64,000 nt of DNA from Acidobacteriota bacterium (GCA_021846275.1 JAJZBZ010000004.1:230413-294412), one strand, 5' to 3'. Counted from the first letter of the stretch, positions 19,235 through 29,317 are shown. Made by a program: numbers and translations. The notes: a model not told the origin generated them from the sequence alone.

Positions 19235-22200
19235 ATGAATCAGGGCTGCAGCTCGTTTCCTTCCTCGTCGATTCGATCCTTCCGGGCGATTCTGAGGCGC
19301 GGAGTTCTGGCACTCGCCATTCCCGCCCTCGCCGTTCCCGCCTTTGTTGCGTTCGTTGCCCAGGTCGGCTCCCATCCTGCGTATGCGCAGATCACCGCCG
19401 CGCAGATTCACGGAACGGTGACGGATACGTCCGGTGCCGTTGTGCCAAACGCCACCGTGACCGTGCTGAATACCTCCACGGGCATCACCACAAAGGCGAA
19501 GACCAACGGCAGTGGCTACTACATTGTGAACTCACTCCAGGCCGGTGGCCCATACTCGGTCACGATTGACGCCAAGGGCTTCCAGACCTTCACCGCGAAG
19601 GGCATCACGCTTGCAGTCGCGGCCAACTGGGACACCGACGCCAGGCTCCAGGTCGGCAGCGCCAGCCAGACGGTGGCCGTCTCGGCCACAGCCCTCCAGG
19701 TGGAAACGCAGAACACCCAGCTCGAACAGGTGGAGACGGCCACTGACATCGAGAACATTCCCCTCGAAGGCCGTGACGCATCCGGCCTCCAGAAGCTGGA
19801 ACCCGGCGTCGTCGAGTCCTCTGACCGCTTCGGCACCTTCTCAACCAACGGCAGCGAGACTCCGCAGAACAGCTTCGTCGCCGACGGCGTGGACATCAAC
19901 GACGGCCCGCTCCAGACCGAGGGTCTGGCCATCAACCCCGACGCCCTGCAGGAAGAGAACGTCGAAGCCAGCACGATGAACCCAGAGTACGCGCGTAACT
20001 CCGGCGCGGTCATCAACGAGGTCATCAAGTCCGGCACCAACGAATTTCACGGCAGCGGTTATGAGTTCTACCGCGACACCTTCCTGAACAACGGCAACTA
20101 CTTCTCTCAGATCCGCCCCGTCTTCCACCAGAACATCTACGGCGGCACGCTCGGTGGCCCGGTTCTCCGCAACCGTTTCTTCTTCTTCTTGGGCTATCAG
20201 GGCTACCGCAATCGCACAGCGGGCACCGTGGTTACCCCGACCCTGAGCACGAATCAGCTCAACGGCAACTTCAACGCGGACTCCAACCTTGCCAATGGCA
20301 ATGCGCCGGACAGCAGCGGCCTGACCAATAACCCGATCCCTTTCAACATCGGCACCTGCACCAAGGGCGAGACGTGGAACAAATGTTTCAGCAGCGGCAA
20401 TGTCTCTGTGCCCACCACCATGTGGAATCCCATCTCTTCCAGGCTCATTCAACAGTTTGTTCCGCAGTCCAATACGGCCGGGAACCTGTACACATTCAAC
20501 GCGCTGAACACGGGAGCTTCGGATCAGGGGATTGTTCGTCTGGACTACAACCCGACCCCGAATGATGCCATCTGGGGATCGACCATCTTCCAGTCCAGCC
20601 CGGCGTTCAACACGCTGCCCTTCATCGGCAGCAGCTTCCCTGGCTTTGCTCAGACTTCGACGGATCACTTCAAGATTTTCTCCGGCTCCTACACCCACAC
20701 GTTCAACGCAAACCTGCTGAACGAACTGCACGGCGGCTACTATCGCAACAATTTCGTCGCCGTCAACCCGCAGACCACAATCGCCCCCAGCAGCTACGGC
20801 TTTGGCATCACGCCGCAGTTGTCCCAGGAGAGCCTGCCCTACATCGGACTCAGCGGCTATTTCAGCCTCGGATTCAGCGCCGACGGTCCTCAGCCCCGAA
20901 TCGACACCAACCTGACCTACGCCGACAACCTCACGTGGGTCCACGGCAACCACTCCTTCAAGTTTGGTGGCCAGTATGAGCAGTTCCGCGTGCATAACCC
21001 CTTCGGCTATCTGAACAACGGCTACTACAGCTACGGTGGCCAGGGTCAGTACAGCTCAGGTGACCCAGTCCTCGACTATGTCCTCGGCATCCCGGACTCC
21101 TACCAGCAGACGAGCGATGGTTTCATCGATGCCATCGCGATGGAACTTTATGCCTATGCACAGGATAGCTGGCGCGTTTCCCCGGACCTGACCTTCAACT
21201 ACGGTCTCGCCTGGGATGTGGAAGGCCCGAACCAAAACAAACAGTTCGGCGGCCTGGGCATCATCTGCTGGAATGCCAGCAACTCGGAATCCAACGTCTA
21301 TCCGGGCGCGCCTCCGGGACTGTCCTTCAATGGCGATCCGGGATGTAACGAGGCGGGCGGTGTTCCGACGCGCTACGACCATTTCGCTCCTCGTATTGGT
21401 CTTGCCTGGTCGCCCTCGAACGGACCGAAGTTCCTGATCGGTACGCCCGGTGCGCATGCCATGTCCATCCGTACGGGCTTCGGCGTCTACTTCAACCGCG
21501 ATCAGGAAGAGCAGTCCCTGCAGAACCTGATCGATCCTCCGTCGCTGTTCACCTCTCACGGCGCTGCTGACTTCGGCGGCAGCCCGCAGTTTGCCAATCC
21601 ATTTTCTGACATCGCCGGGAATGGATCGGAAGCCAACCCATTCCCGTACACTGTGCCTCCGGTTGGGAGCAAAATTAACTGGCCCAACTACAACACGCTG
21701 GATCTCGCGGCCTTCAGCCCCAACTACAACGTCCCGTACACCTACAACTACAACCTCAACATCGAGCGCTCGCTTTCCAGCACCATGGTGCTCATGATTG
21801 GTTACGTAGGCTCGGTTTCGCATCGCCTCTCCACCTGGCGTGAAGGGGACTACATCACGGCAGCCGGACACGCCGCTTGTATGTCCAATCCAGGCTGCGT
21901 TGCGGATGCAAACTTTGTTCACCTGTACTACCCGCAGTATGCGATTCAGCCAGCCATTGTGCCGGGAACCGGCGGCGGAGCGATTCCATCGCTGCCCAAT
22001 GGACTTCCCTGGTATCTGTCCATCGGCAAGCAGACCTCGGAAGGCACGGCCAACTACAATGCCCTCCAGGCCCGTCTGCAGAAGGCCATGTCCCACGGCC
22101 TGCAGTTCACGGCTTCCTACACCTACTCCCACGCGCTGGACAATGGTTCCGGCTATGAGAGCGCGACGGGTGCTGCAAACCGCGTATTCAACTATGTGCC

Positions 22201-22840
22201 CGGATACGCGTACCTGAACTACGGCTCCTCGGACTTCGATGCCCGTCAGCGTCTGGCTCTCGGCTACGTCTACGTTGTGCCAAACGTCAACTGGTTCAGT
22301 GACAATAGCGTTATGCACGGAATTGTGAACCAGATTGTTTCCGGCTGGCAGCTCAGCGGCACCAGCGCATTCCAGAGCGGCAACCCGGTCGGCATCAACC
22401 TTGGTCTGAACGAATCCCTCTATTGCGATGCCTTCAGCTTCTTCGGATGCCCGGATGTGCCCAACACCTCCACCTTCCATATCGGCATTCACAACCCGCG
22501 ATCGAGCACAAACCACCAGTACTTCGACACCTCGTCGTTCTCCACCGAGCCGGTCGGAACCTTCGGCAACACGACGCGTAACTTCTTCCATGGCCCCGGA
22601 TGGGACTACACCAACCTCGCCGTCGTGAAGAATATCCACTTCAACTCGCACAGCACGGAGTTTGTCCAGCTTCGCCTGGAAGGCTTCAACGTCTTCAACC
22701 ATGCGAACTTTGCCACGCCGAGCGGCACCTTCGTCAGCCAGACCTTCGGTCAGGTGACGAGCGTCAAGCAGTCGGCCGACCCGAACGGCGATCCCTCACC
22801 GGGCCGCGCCGTCCAGCTTGCCGGCAAGTTCTACTTCTGA
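19235..22840 (+). CDS. TonB-dependent receptor with N-terminal carboxypeptidase-regulatory-like domain
   Basis: AAGGAG sits 5 nt before ATG 19235. Signal peptide ...AQVGSHPAYA, then GTVTDTSGAVVPNATVTVLNTSTGITTKAKTNGSGYYIVNSLQAGGPYSVTIDAKGFQTF (CarboxypepD_reg-like). A very long beta-rich region ends ...AVQLAGKFYF, with an aromatic C-terminus typical of OM barrels. Confidence 0.85.
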   Translation: MNQGCSSFPSSSIRSFRAILRRGVLALAIPALAVPAFVAFVAQVGSHPAYAQITAAQIHGTVTDTSGAVVPNATVTVLNTSTGITTKAKTNGSGYYIVNSLQAGGPYSVTIDAKGFQTFTAKGITLAVAANWDTDARLQVGSASQTVAVSATALQVETQNTQLEQVETATDIENIPLEGRDASGLQKLEPGVVESSDRFGTFSTNGSETPQNSFVADGVDINDGPLQTEGLAINPDALQEENVEASTMNPEYARNSGAVINEVIKSGTNEFHGSGYEFYRDTFLNNGNYFSQIRPVFHQNIYGGTLGGPVLRNRFFFFLGYQGYRNRTAGTVVTPTLSTNQLNGNFNADSNLANGNAPDSSGLTNNPIPFNIGTCTKGETWNKCFSSGNVSVPTTMWNPISSRLIQQFVPQSNTAGNLYTFNALNTGASDQGIVRLDYNPTPNDAIWGSTIFQSSPAFNTLPFIGSSFPGFAQTSTDHFKIFSGSYTHTFNANLLNELHGGYYRNNFVAVNPQTTIAPSSYGFGITPQLSQESLPYIGLSGYFSLGFSADGPQPRIDTNLTYADNLTWVHGNHSFKFGGQYEQFRVHNPFGYLNNGYYSYGGQGQYSSGDPVLDYVLGIPDSYQQTSDGFIDAIAMELYAYAQDSWRVSPDLTFNYGLAWDVEGPNQNKQFGGLGIICWNASNSESNVYPGAPPGLSFNGDPGCNEAGGVPTRYDHFAPRIGLAWSPSNGPKFLIGTPGAHAMSIRTGFGVYFNRDQEEQSLQNLIDPPSLFTSHGAADFGGSPQFANPFSDIAGNGSEANPFPYTVPPVGSKINWPNYNTLDLAAFSPNYNVPYTYNYNLNIERSLSSTMVLMIGYVGSVSHRLSTWREGDYITAAGHAACMSNPGCVADANFVHLYYPQYAIQPAIVPGTGGGAIPSLPNGLPWYLSIGKQTSEGTANYNALQARLQKAMSHGLQFTASYTYSHALDNGSGYESATGAANRVFNYVPGYAYLNYGSSDFDARQRLALGYVYVVPNVNWFSDNSVMHGIVNQIVSGWQLSGTSAFQSGNPVGINLGLNESLYCDAFSFFGCPDVPNTSTFHIGIHNPRSSTNHQYFDTSSFSTEPVGTFGNTTRNFFHGPGWDYTNLAVVKNIHFNSHSTEFVQLRLEGFNVFNHANFATPSGTFVSQTFGQVTSVKQSADPNGDPSPGRAVQLAGKFYF

Positions 22841-22876
22841 TCCTGCAACACCTGCAACAATTCGGGAGGCAACAAG

Positions 22877-22904
22877 AATGGGGTGACCGCCAGGTCACCC
22901 CATT
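22877..22904. terminator. Bidirectional hairpin terminator
   Basis: aatggggtgacc-gcca-ggtcaccccatt, a 12-bp perfect stem, between convergent genes (TonB receptor on +, gpmI on -). Confidence 0.7.
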
Positions 22905-22964
22905 CCCGTTGCTGCTCAGATTTTCTGCGACCGACGCCTGCGTCTGTCTTCCGCGTCCGCCGCT

Positions 22965-24578
22965 CTACTTCGCCAGCGGCACGCGCAGGTCTTCGCCGGT
23001 CATCTCTTTCGGCTCTGCCAGCGTCAGCAATTCAATCAGCGTTGGGCTGATGTCGCGCAGGCTCGCGCCAGCGCGCAGCGTGTAGCGCTTCGCGTCCTCG
23101 GCCACGTAGATCAGCGGCACCGGATTCGTCGTATGCGCCGTGTGCGGCCCACCCGTCGCCGGGTCGATCATCTGCTCCGCGTTGCCGTGGTCGGCGGTAA
23201 TCAGCCACGCGCCATTGTTCTCGCGCAGCGCCTGATAGATGCGTCCAAGCTGCGCGTCCACGGCCTCGACGGCCTGGATCGTAGGCTCCAGCCTGCCGCT
23301 ATGCCCCACCATGTCGGCGTTGGCAAAATTCGCAATCACCAGGTCAAAGGCCGTATCGCGGATCGCCTTCACAATCGTGTCGCCAATCCCTTCGGCAGAC
23401 ATCTCCGGAGCCAGATCGTACGTCGCCACCTTCTGCGACGGAATCAGCACGCGATCCTCGCCCGGAAACGGCGTCTCGATCCCGCCATTGAAGAAGTACG
23501 TCACATGCGCGTATTTTTCCGTCTCTGCCACTCGCAGGTTGCGCAACTGCGCCGCGCCCAGAACATTCGCCAGCAGATTATCCATCGACTCCGGCAGAAT
23601 CACCAGCGGCAACTGGTATGCCTTGTCATACTGCGTCATGCACAGATAATGCAGCCGCCGCGGAATCTCTCCGGGCGGAATCGTCTCGTCCAGCGACTCC
23701 CAGGAATCGAGATTGCGTCCGCCCTCGCTGTTCAGTCCGCTCTCGCGCGTCAGCACGCGCGTAATCTGCCGCGCGCGGTCCGCGCGAAAATTGAAATTGA
23801 TGCAGACATCCTCATCGCGGATCACGCCATTCGGCCTGCCCGCCTCGTCCGTCACCACAAACGGAATCGTGAACTCATCCGTCACGCCGTTGCCGTAACG
23901 TTCCTTCAGCAGCGCCAAGGGATTGCTCGTCGCGCCGCCTTCAGCCCGACCCTGCACCATTGCCTCGAAGGCCTTGCGCTCGCGGTCCCACTTCCGGTCG
24001 CGGTCCATCGCGTAGTAGCGCCCGCTCACCGACGCCAGTTTGCCCACGCCAACCTCGCCCATCTTCGCCAGCAACTTTTCCAGATACCCCACGCCGGAGG
24101 TCGGCAGCGTATCGCGCCCATCCAGGAACGCATGCACAAAAACCCGCGTCACGCCGTGCGCCCGCGCCGCGCGCAACAGCGCGTACAGATGCTCCTGATG
24201 CGAATGCACGCCGCCGTCCGAAACCAGACCCAGCAGGTGCAACTGTCGTCCGCCCTCGCGCGCCCGCGCCATCGCCTGCGCAATCGGCGGATGGTTCGTC
24301 AGCGCATCGCGCGCAATCAGCTCATCGATCCGCGTAATATCCATGCGCACCACGCGGCCCGCGCCGATATTCAGGTGGCCCACTTCGCTGTTGCCCATCT
24401 GTCCGTCGGGCAGCCCCACAAAGTGCTCCGAGGCGCGAATCAGCGTACTCGGATACTCGGCGAGCAGCTTGTCATACGTGGGTTTCCGCGCGAGCGCAAT
24501 CGCGTTCGCCTCGCGCTTCTCGCTGTATCCCCATCCATCCAGGATGGTCAGCACGACCGGGCGTCGTTTCTCTGGCAC
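22965..24578 (-). CDS. gpmI: 2,3-bisphosphoglycerate-independent phosphoglycerate mutase
   Basis: [57 protein letters not shown] and ITADHGNAE are iPGM signature blocks. Start proposed at GTG 24578 (GGAAGGA 8 nt upstream). The track's GTG 24671 would overlap the eno stop. Confidence 0.9.
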   Translation of the reverse strand: MPEKRRPVVLTILDGWGYSEKREANAIALARKPTYDKLLAEYPSTLIRASEHFVGLPDGQMGNSEVGHLNIGAGRVVRMDITRIDELIARDALTNHPPIAQAMARAREGGRQLHLLGLVSDGGVHSHQEHLYALLRAARAHGVTRVFVHAFLDGRDTLPTSGVGYLEKLLAKMGEVGVGKLASVSGRYYAMDRDRKWDRERKAFEAMVQGRAEGGATSNPLALLKERYGNGVTDEFTIPFVVTDEAGRPNGVIRDEDVCINFNFRADRARQITRVLTRESGLNSEGGRNLDSWESLDETIPPGEIPRRLHYLCMTQYDKAYQLPLVILPESMDNLLANVLGAAQLRNLRVAETEKYAHVTYFFNGGIETPFPGEDRVLIPSQKVATYDLAPEMSAEGIGDTIVKAIRDTAFDLVIANFANADMVGHSGRLEPTIQAVEAVDAQLGRIYQALRENNGAWLITADHGNAEQMIDPATGGPHTAHTTNPVPLIYVAEDAKRYTLRAGASLRDISPTLIELLTLAEPKEMTGEDLRVPLAK

Positions 24579-24636
24579 GGCAGATTTCCTTCCGTTTTTG
24601 TGTGGTTTTCCGTTCGCAGCGGCGTGGCCAAAAGCA

Positions 24637-24664
24637 GAACAGGCTCCGTTGCCGGAGCCTGTTC
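24637..24664 (-). promoter_or_regulatory. Stem-loop directly after the eno stop (attenuator or processing site, or weak terminator)
   Basis: gaacaggctcc-gttgcc-ggagcctgttc, an 11-bp stem. On the minus strand a short CTGCTTTTGG tract follows. Confidence 0.45.
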
Positions 24665-24667
24665 GTG

Positions 24668-26104
<1,437 letters not shown>

Positions 26105-26342
26105 CTAGCAAACGCCTCCGCGCCGCCCGTGCCCGCCGTCACACTCCATTGCCGCAAACACCGGCTCGCGCGCCACCCATCCATGCGCGCTGTTGACCAC
26201 CCTGATTCGTAACCCCAGCGATGCGCGCGCGCAAAACGCAGCCCGTGGCTACGTCGCCGCACCGGGTGAGGCAGGTACGCTGATACCATCCGGCGAACCG
26301 TCTGCTGACCGTGGCAGACTTGCCGGACGGGAGGTTTTTCTC

Positions 26343-27536
26343 ATGGCCAGCCGACTCACACCAACCACGATCGTCTCCAGCGCGTGCTCCGCGCTTCTCT
26401 GTTTCGCGCTGCCGATCTCCACGCTGTCGATCTCAACGCTGACCGCCTCCGCTCAGGCCAGCCCGGCGCAGGCAAGCTCCGCGCCGACGAACTCCTCTCA
26501 GGCCCAGCCGCAACAGAATCAGCCCGCAGCCGATCCCTATCAGGGCACCGCTCACCCGCCCACATCCGTCATCCTCACCGACGAAACCAGCGGCGAAGCC
26601 GCCACAACGGGCGTAGCCGCTGCAACTGCCGCCGCCGCAATCCCGAAACCATCCCCCGCCGTGCCAGTTTCCGCCGCGCCAGTCGCCTCCGTGCCAGTCG
26701 CCGCCGCCGCGCCCACATCCACCGACCCCTCCGCAACCTTCCCGGCAACCGCATCGGCAATCAGCCCGGCAGCCAGCCCGGCAACAGCACCCGCCGATCC
26801 CGACGCCGACATCGTTCACCCCTCCGCCGCCGAAATGGCCGAAACGGACGCCGCGCCAGCAAAACCAGCGCCCGCGCCAGCATCCGCCGCGCCAGCCCTC
26901 GCCGCCCGGTCCGATGACCCCGACGGCGACATCGTACACCCGCTCACCGCCCGTCCCGGCCAGCTTGCCGAGGGAACCATGTTCCAGGTCGAACTCCTTG
27001 ATCGTCTCTCCAGCGATGAAAACTCACGCGGCGACCGCTTCCACGCCAAAGTCCTCGCCGATGTCCTGCAAAGCGGCAAAGTGCTCATCCCCGCCGGCTC
27101 CACTCTGGAGGGCCGCATCAGCGCCGTCACCAGCGGCCATCTCGCCGGCCACGGCAGCCTGCGCCTCTCGCCGGACACGCTCATCCTGCCTGACAGCACG
27201 CGCCTCTCCATGCACGCCGAAGTCAGCGGCGTCCCCGGCACCAGCAACCGCATCAACGACGAAGGCGCCATCAATCCCGGCCCGCGCAAAGAACGCGCCG
27301 GCATCGAATACGGAGCCGTCGCCGGTGCCGGAGCAGCCACCGGAGCCGTCTTCGCCGGACCCGTCGGCGCACTCACCGGCGGACTCATCGGCGCCGGCAT
27401 GGTCACCACTCACCTCATGGTCAGCCACCCGCAAACCACGCTCGACCCCGGCACCAAAATCCTCTTCACGCTCACCGCCCCGCTCGACCTCATCCCCAAC
27501 CAGTCCGGAGTCCCGCAGACCCAGGCCATGCGGTAA
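26343..27536 (+). CDS. Hypothetical secreted protein: Pro/Ala-rich linker, beta-rich domain and glycine-zipper segment
   Basis: GGGAGG upstream of ATG 26343. Signal peptide MASRLTPTTIVSSACSALLCFALPISTLSISTLTASA, about 200 aa of P/A/S-rich low complexity, then EGTMFQVELLDRLSSDENSRGDRFHAKV...IPAGSTLEGRI and GAVAGAGAATGAVFAGPVGALTGGLIGAG. Confidence 0.6.
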   Translation: MASRLTPTTIVSSACSALLCFALPISTLSISTLTASAQASPAQASSAPTNSSQAQPQQNQPAADPYQGTAHPPTSVILTDETSGEAATTGVAAATAAAAIPKPSPAVPVSAAPVASVPVAAAAPTSTDPSATFPATASAISPAASPATAPADPDADIVHPSAAEMAETDAAPAKPAPAPASAAPALAARSDDPDGDIVHPLTARPGQLAEGTMFQVELLDRLSSDENSRGDRFHAKVLADVLQSGKVLIPAGSTLEGRISAVTSGHLAGHGSLRLSPDTLILPDSTRLSMHAEVSGVPGTSNRINDEGAINPGPRKERAGIEYGAVAGAGAATGAVFAGPVGALTGGLIGAGMVTTHLMVSHPQTTLDPGTKILFTLTAPLDLIPNQSGVPQTQAMR

Positions 27537-27594
27537 ATATCGCACCGCGCAACGTGGCGATGCGCCGAGGCACCGGCTTCGTTACACTTGGGTC

Positions 27595-28290
27595 ATGCAC
27601 GCCACTGACTCCCGCCCTGCCGCCGCCCAACTTCTCTCGCTGCTTGCCACGCTCAGCTTCCGCCTCGGCAGCTTCCAGCTATCCTCCGGCGGCACCAGCG
27701 ACTACTACATCGACTGCCGCACCACCACGCTCCACGCCGAGGGCGGACGCCTCACCGGCCTCGCCATCCTCGAAGCCCTTCGCCACCACGGCCTGCTCAC
27801 CGGCCCCAGCGCGCTCCAGGCCGTCGGCGGACTCACTCTCGGTGCCGACCCCATCGTCTCGAACGTCGCCACAGCCAGCGCCCAGGCCGCCCTCGAAGCC
27901 ACCACGCTTGCCACCGCCAGGCTCGCATTAGCCCCACTCGCAGCCGCCGCGCAGGGCCACGCCGCGCCCACCCCGCTCCTCCACGGCTTCCTCGTCCGCA
28001 AAGCGGAAAAAACCCACGGCACCGGACGCCGCATCGAGGGCTTCTGCCAGCCCGGAGCAAACGTCCTCATCGTCGACGACGTCTGCACCACCGGAGCCTC
28101 CACCATCACGGCCATCCACGCCGCCCGCGAAGCCGGCATGCGCGTCGCAGCCGTCGTCTGCCTCGTCGAACGCCAGGAAGCCAACGGCCGCCCCGCCGTC
28201 GAATCCGCAGCCGAATCCGCCCCATTCCTCGCCCTCTTCACCGCCAAAGACATCCGCGCCGAACACCTCCGCCTGAATCCGCAGAAATAG
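27595..28290 (+). CDS. pyrE: Orotate phosphoribosyltransferase (with an Ala-rich internal insertion)
   Basis: ATG 27595 inside ORF 26914..28290. FRLGSFQLSSGGTSDYYIDCR, GGLTLGADPIV, FLVRKAEKTHGTGRRIEG and VLIVDDVCTTGAST (PRPP loop) identify PyrE. About 35 Ala-rich residues lie between GADPIV and FLVRK. Confidence 0.9.
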   Translation: MHATDSRPAAAQLLSLLATLSFRLGSFQLSSGGTSDYYIDCRTTTLHAEGGRLTGLAILEALRHHGLLTGPSALQAVGGLTLGADPIVSNVATASAQAALEATTLATARLALAPLAAAAQGHAAPTPLLHGFLVRKAEKTHGTGRRIEGFCQPGANVLIVDDVCTTGASTITAIHAAREAGMRVAAVVCLVERQEANGRPAVESAAESAPFLALFTAKDIRAEHLRLNPQK

Positions 28291-28346
28291 TCGTCAGTCG
28301 TCAGGGGTCAGCCGTCAGGGGTCAGGGATCAGTAGTCAGGGTTCAG
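28291..28346. repeat. Tandem array of eight 7-nt units (NNNTCAG)
   Basis: tcgtcag tcgtcag gggtcag ccgtcag gggtcag ggatcag tagtcag ggttcag, starting immediately after the pyrE TAG stop with perfect 7-nt periodicity. Confidence 0.9.
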
Positions 28347-28363
28347 CCGAACCGCCGCCGCCC

Positions 28364-28496
28364 TTTTGTTGTCATTCCCGCAGGGAATCTGCTTCTGCCT
28401 TTGCTTTTGCCGTTGCTTTTTTGTTGTCATTCCCGCAGGGAATCTGCTTCTGCCGTTGCCATTGCATTGTGGTTGCCATTTTCGCAGGGAATGCGC
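28364..28496. repeat. Short hairpin repeats: 2 identical copies plus 1 degenerate copy
   Basis: ttttgttgtcattcccgcagggaatctgcttctgcc occurs at 28364-28399 and again inside 28417-28454. A degenerate copy gccattttcgcagggaatgcgc lies near 28475-28496. Each contains attccc-gca-gggaat. Confidence 0.85.
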
Positions 28497-28510
28497 TATT
28501 GCAAACCCAC

Positions 28511-28539
28511 TTGACATGTAGCTACATTATAAGTACATT
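28511..28539 (+). promoter_or_regulatory. Candidate promoter of brnTA with an overlapping palindromic operator
   Basis: TTGACA (28511-28516), a 17-nt spacer, then TACATT (28534-28539). A perfect 12-bp palindrome ATGTAGCTACAT (28516-28527) and a further TACAT repeat lie inside the spacer and -10 region. Confidence 0.5.
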
Positions 28540-28551
28540 TGAAGACAACCT

Positions 28552-28571
28552 CCTGTCGCGCAAGCGACAGG
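28552..28571 (+). promoter_or_regulatory. 5'-UTR stem-loop (8-bp stem, GCAA loop)
   Basis: cctgtcgc-gcaa-gcgacagg, just downstream of the predicted brnTA transcription start. Confidence 0.4.
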
Positions 28572-28623
28572 CCACCTCGAACCAGCGAGAGACCAAAAAC
28601 CGAGAGCACCAAAAGGAGAACAA

Positions 28624-28770
28624 ATGAATGCCATGAGAAATGCGCCGTATCGCGCAACCGAGCGCGACGGCCCGGAGGATAGTCAAAAATGCTCAGGTTT
28701 GAATGGGACGATGCCAATCGCTCTCACATCGCAGCCCATCGCGTTTCCTGTTTGGAAGCGGAACAGGTGA
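28624..28770 (+). CDS. Possible 48-codon upstream/leader ORF overlapping the brnT start (speculative)
   Basis: AAGGAG (28613-28618), a 5-nt spacer, then ATG 28624. Encodes MNAMRNAPYRATERDGPEDSQKCSGLNG... and ends TGA 28768-28770, out of frame with brnT. No homology recognised. It is too short for the ORF track. Confidence 0.2.
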   Translation: MNAMRNAPYRATERDGPEDSQKCSGLNGTMPIALTSQPIAFPVWKRNR

Positions 28771-28991
28771 TTGAAAACGAGCCGTTCGATCTGGAGATGC
28801 AAAGCGTAAACGGCGAAGAACGATTCGTGCAACTGGGAGAAACCAACGCAGGCCGCATCCTGGTCGTCGTCTCCACTTGGCGACGGACCCTGATTCGCGT
28901 GGTCACAGCTTTCGACGCTCCCAAATCAATGAAGCTCACCTATATCGCGCAGAGAGGCAGCCCCCATGGAACCGACCCTCAAAGTCCCTGA
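28689..28991 (+). CDS. brnT: BrnT family toxin (DUF497) of a type II toxin-antitoxin system
   Basis: MLRFEWDDANRSHIAAHRVSCLEAEQV...ERFVQLGETNAGRILVVVSTWRRTLIRVVTAFDAPK matches the DUF497/BrnT pattern (F-WD..K...N..KHGVSF.EA ... R.IS.R.A). GGAGG lies upstream. Confidence 0.85.
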   Translation: MLRFEWDDANRSHIAAHRVSCLEAEQVIENEPFDLEMQSVNGEERFVQLGETNAGRILVVVSTWRRTLIRVVTAFDAPKSMKLTYIAQRGSPHGTDPQSP

Positions 28992-29286
28992 GTTCAAGAC
29001 CGAGCACGAGGAAGCGAACTGGTGGTTCGAAAACCGGCAACAGCTCGCAGAGCAGTTTGCGCAGGCCGCCGCCGATGGGAAACTCACTCGCGGAACAGTC
29101 GCGCGGCGGGGAAACACCCCCACCACAACCATCCGCCTCGCCCCGGAAGACATTGCCCGCGCGCGCGTCCAGGCCGAACGCAAAGGCCTCAAATACCAGA
29201 CCTACCTGAAGATGCTGATCCATCAGGCGCTGCATCAGGAGGAGCTTCAGGGCAACTCCGCCGCGCAGCAACGGAAAACTCCGTGA
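28966..29286 (+). CDS. brnA: BrnA-type antitoxin (CopG/RHH-like C-terminus)
   Basis: AGAGAGG upstream of ATG 28966. Overlaps the brnT 3' end by 26 nt. TTIRLAPEDIARARVQAERKGLKYQTYLKMLIHQAL matches the BrnA-antitoxin C-terminal block. Confidence 0.8.
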   Translation: MEPTLKVPEFKTEHEEANWWFENRQQLAEQFAQAAADGKLTRGTVARRGNTPTTTIRLAPEDIARARVQAERKGLKYQTYLKMLIHQALHQEELQGNSAAQQRKTP

Positions 29287-29299
29287 CCGAAGCGCCGGA

Positions 29300-29317
29300 C
29301 TGACCCCTGACCACTGG
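29300..29317. repeat. Heptamer-unit remnant in CTGA orientation
   Basis: ctgacccctgaccactgg. 29300-29311 is the exact reverse complement of gtcaggggtcag at 28300-28311 and 28314-28325. Confidence 0.75.

Noticed and set aside
26914-27594. A 227-codon N-terminal extension of the pyrE ORF. The analogous case is 45616..46320 upstream of the FAD-oxidoreductase.
   Set aside because: These extensions overlap better-supported genes (the 26343..27536 secreted protein in another frame, and the CMD gene antisense) and have junk composition. Homology to PyrE and to the dinucleotide-binding motif begins right after the internal ATGs.
28364-28496. A possible mini CRISPR array (repeats about 36 nt long spaced about 55 nt apart).
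   Set aside because: There are only two identical copies plus one degenerate copy, and the intervening 'spacers' are only about 17-20 nt. The repeats resemble a dispersed hairpin element also seen at 2470-2501, and there are no cas genes in the window.
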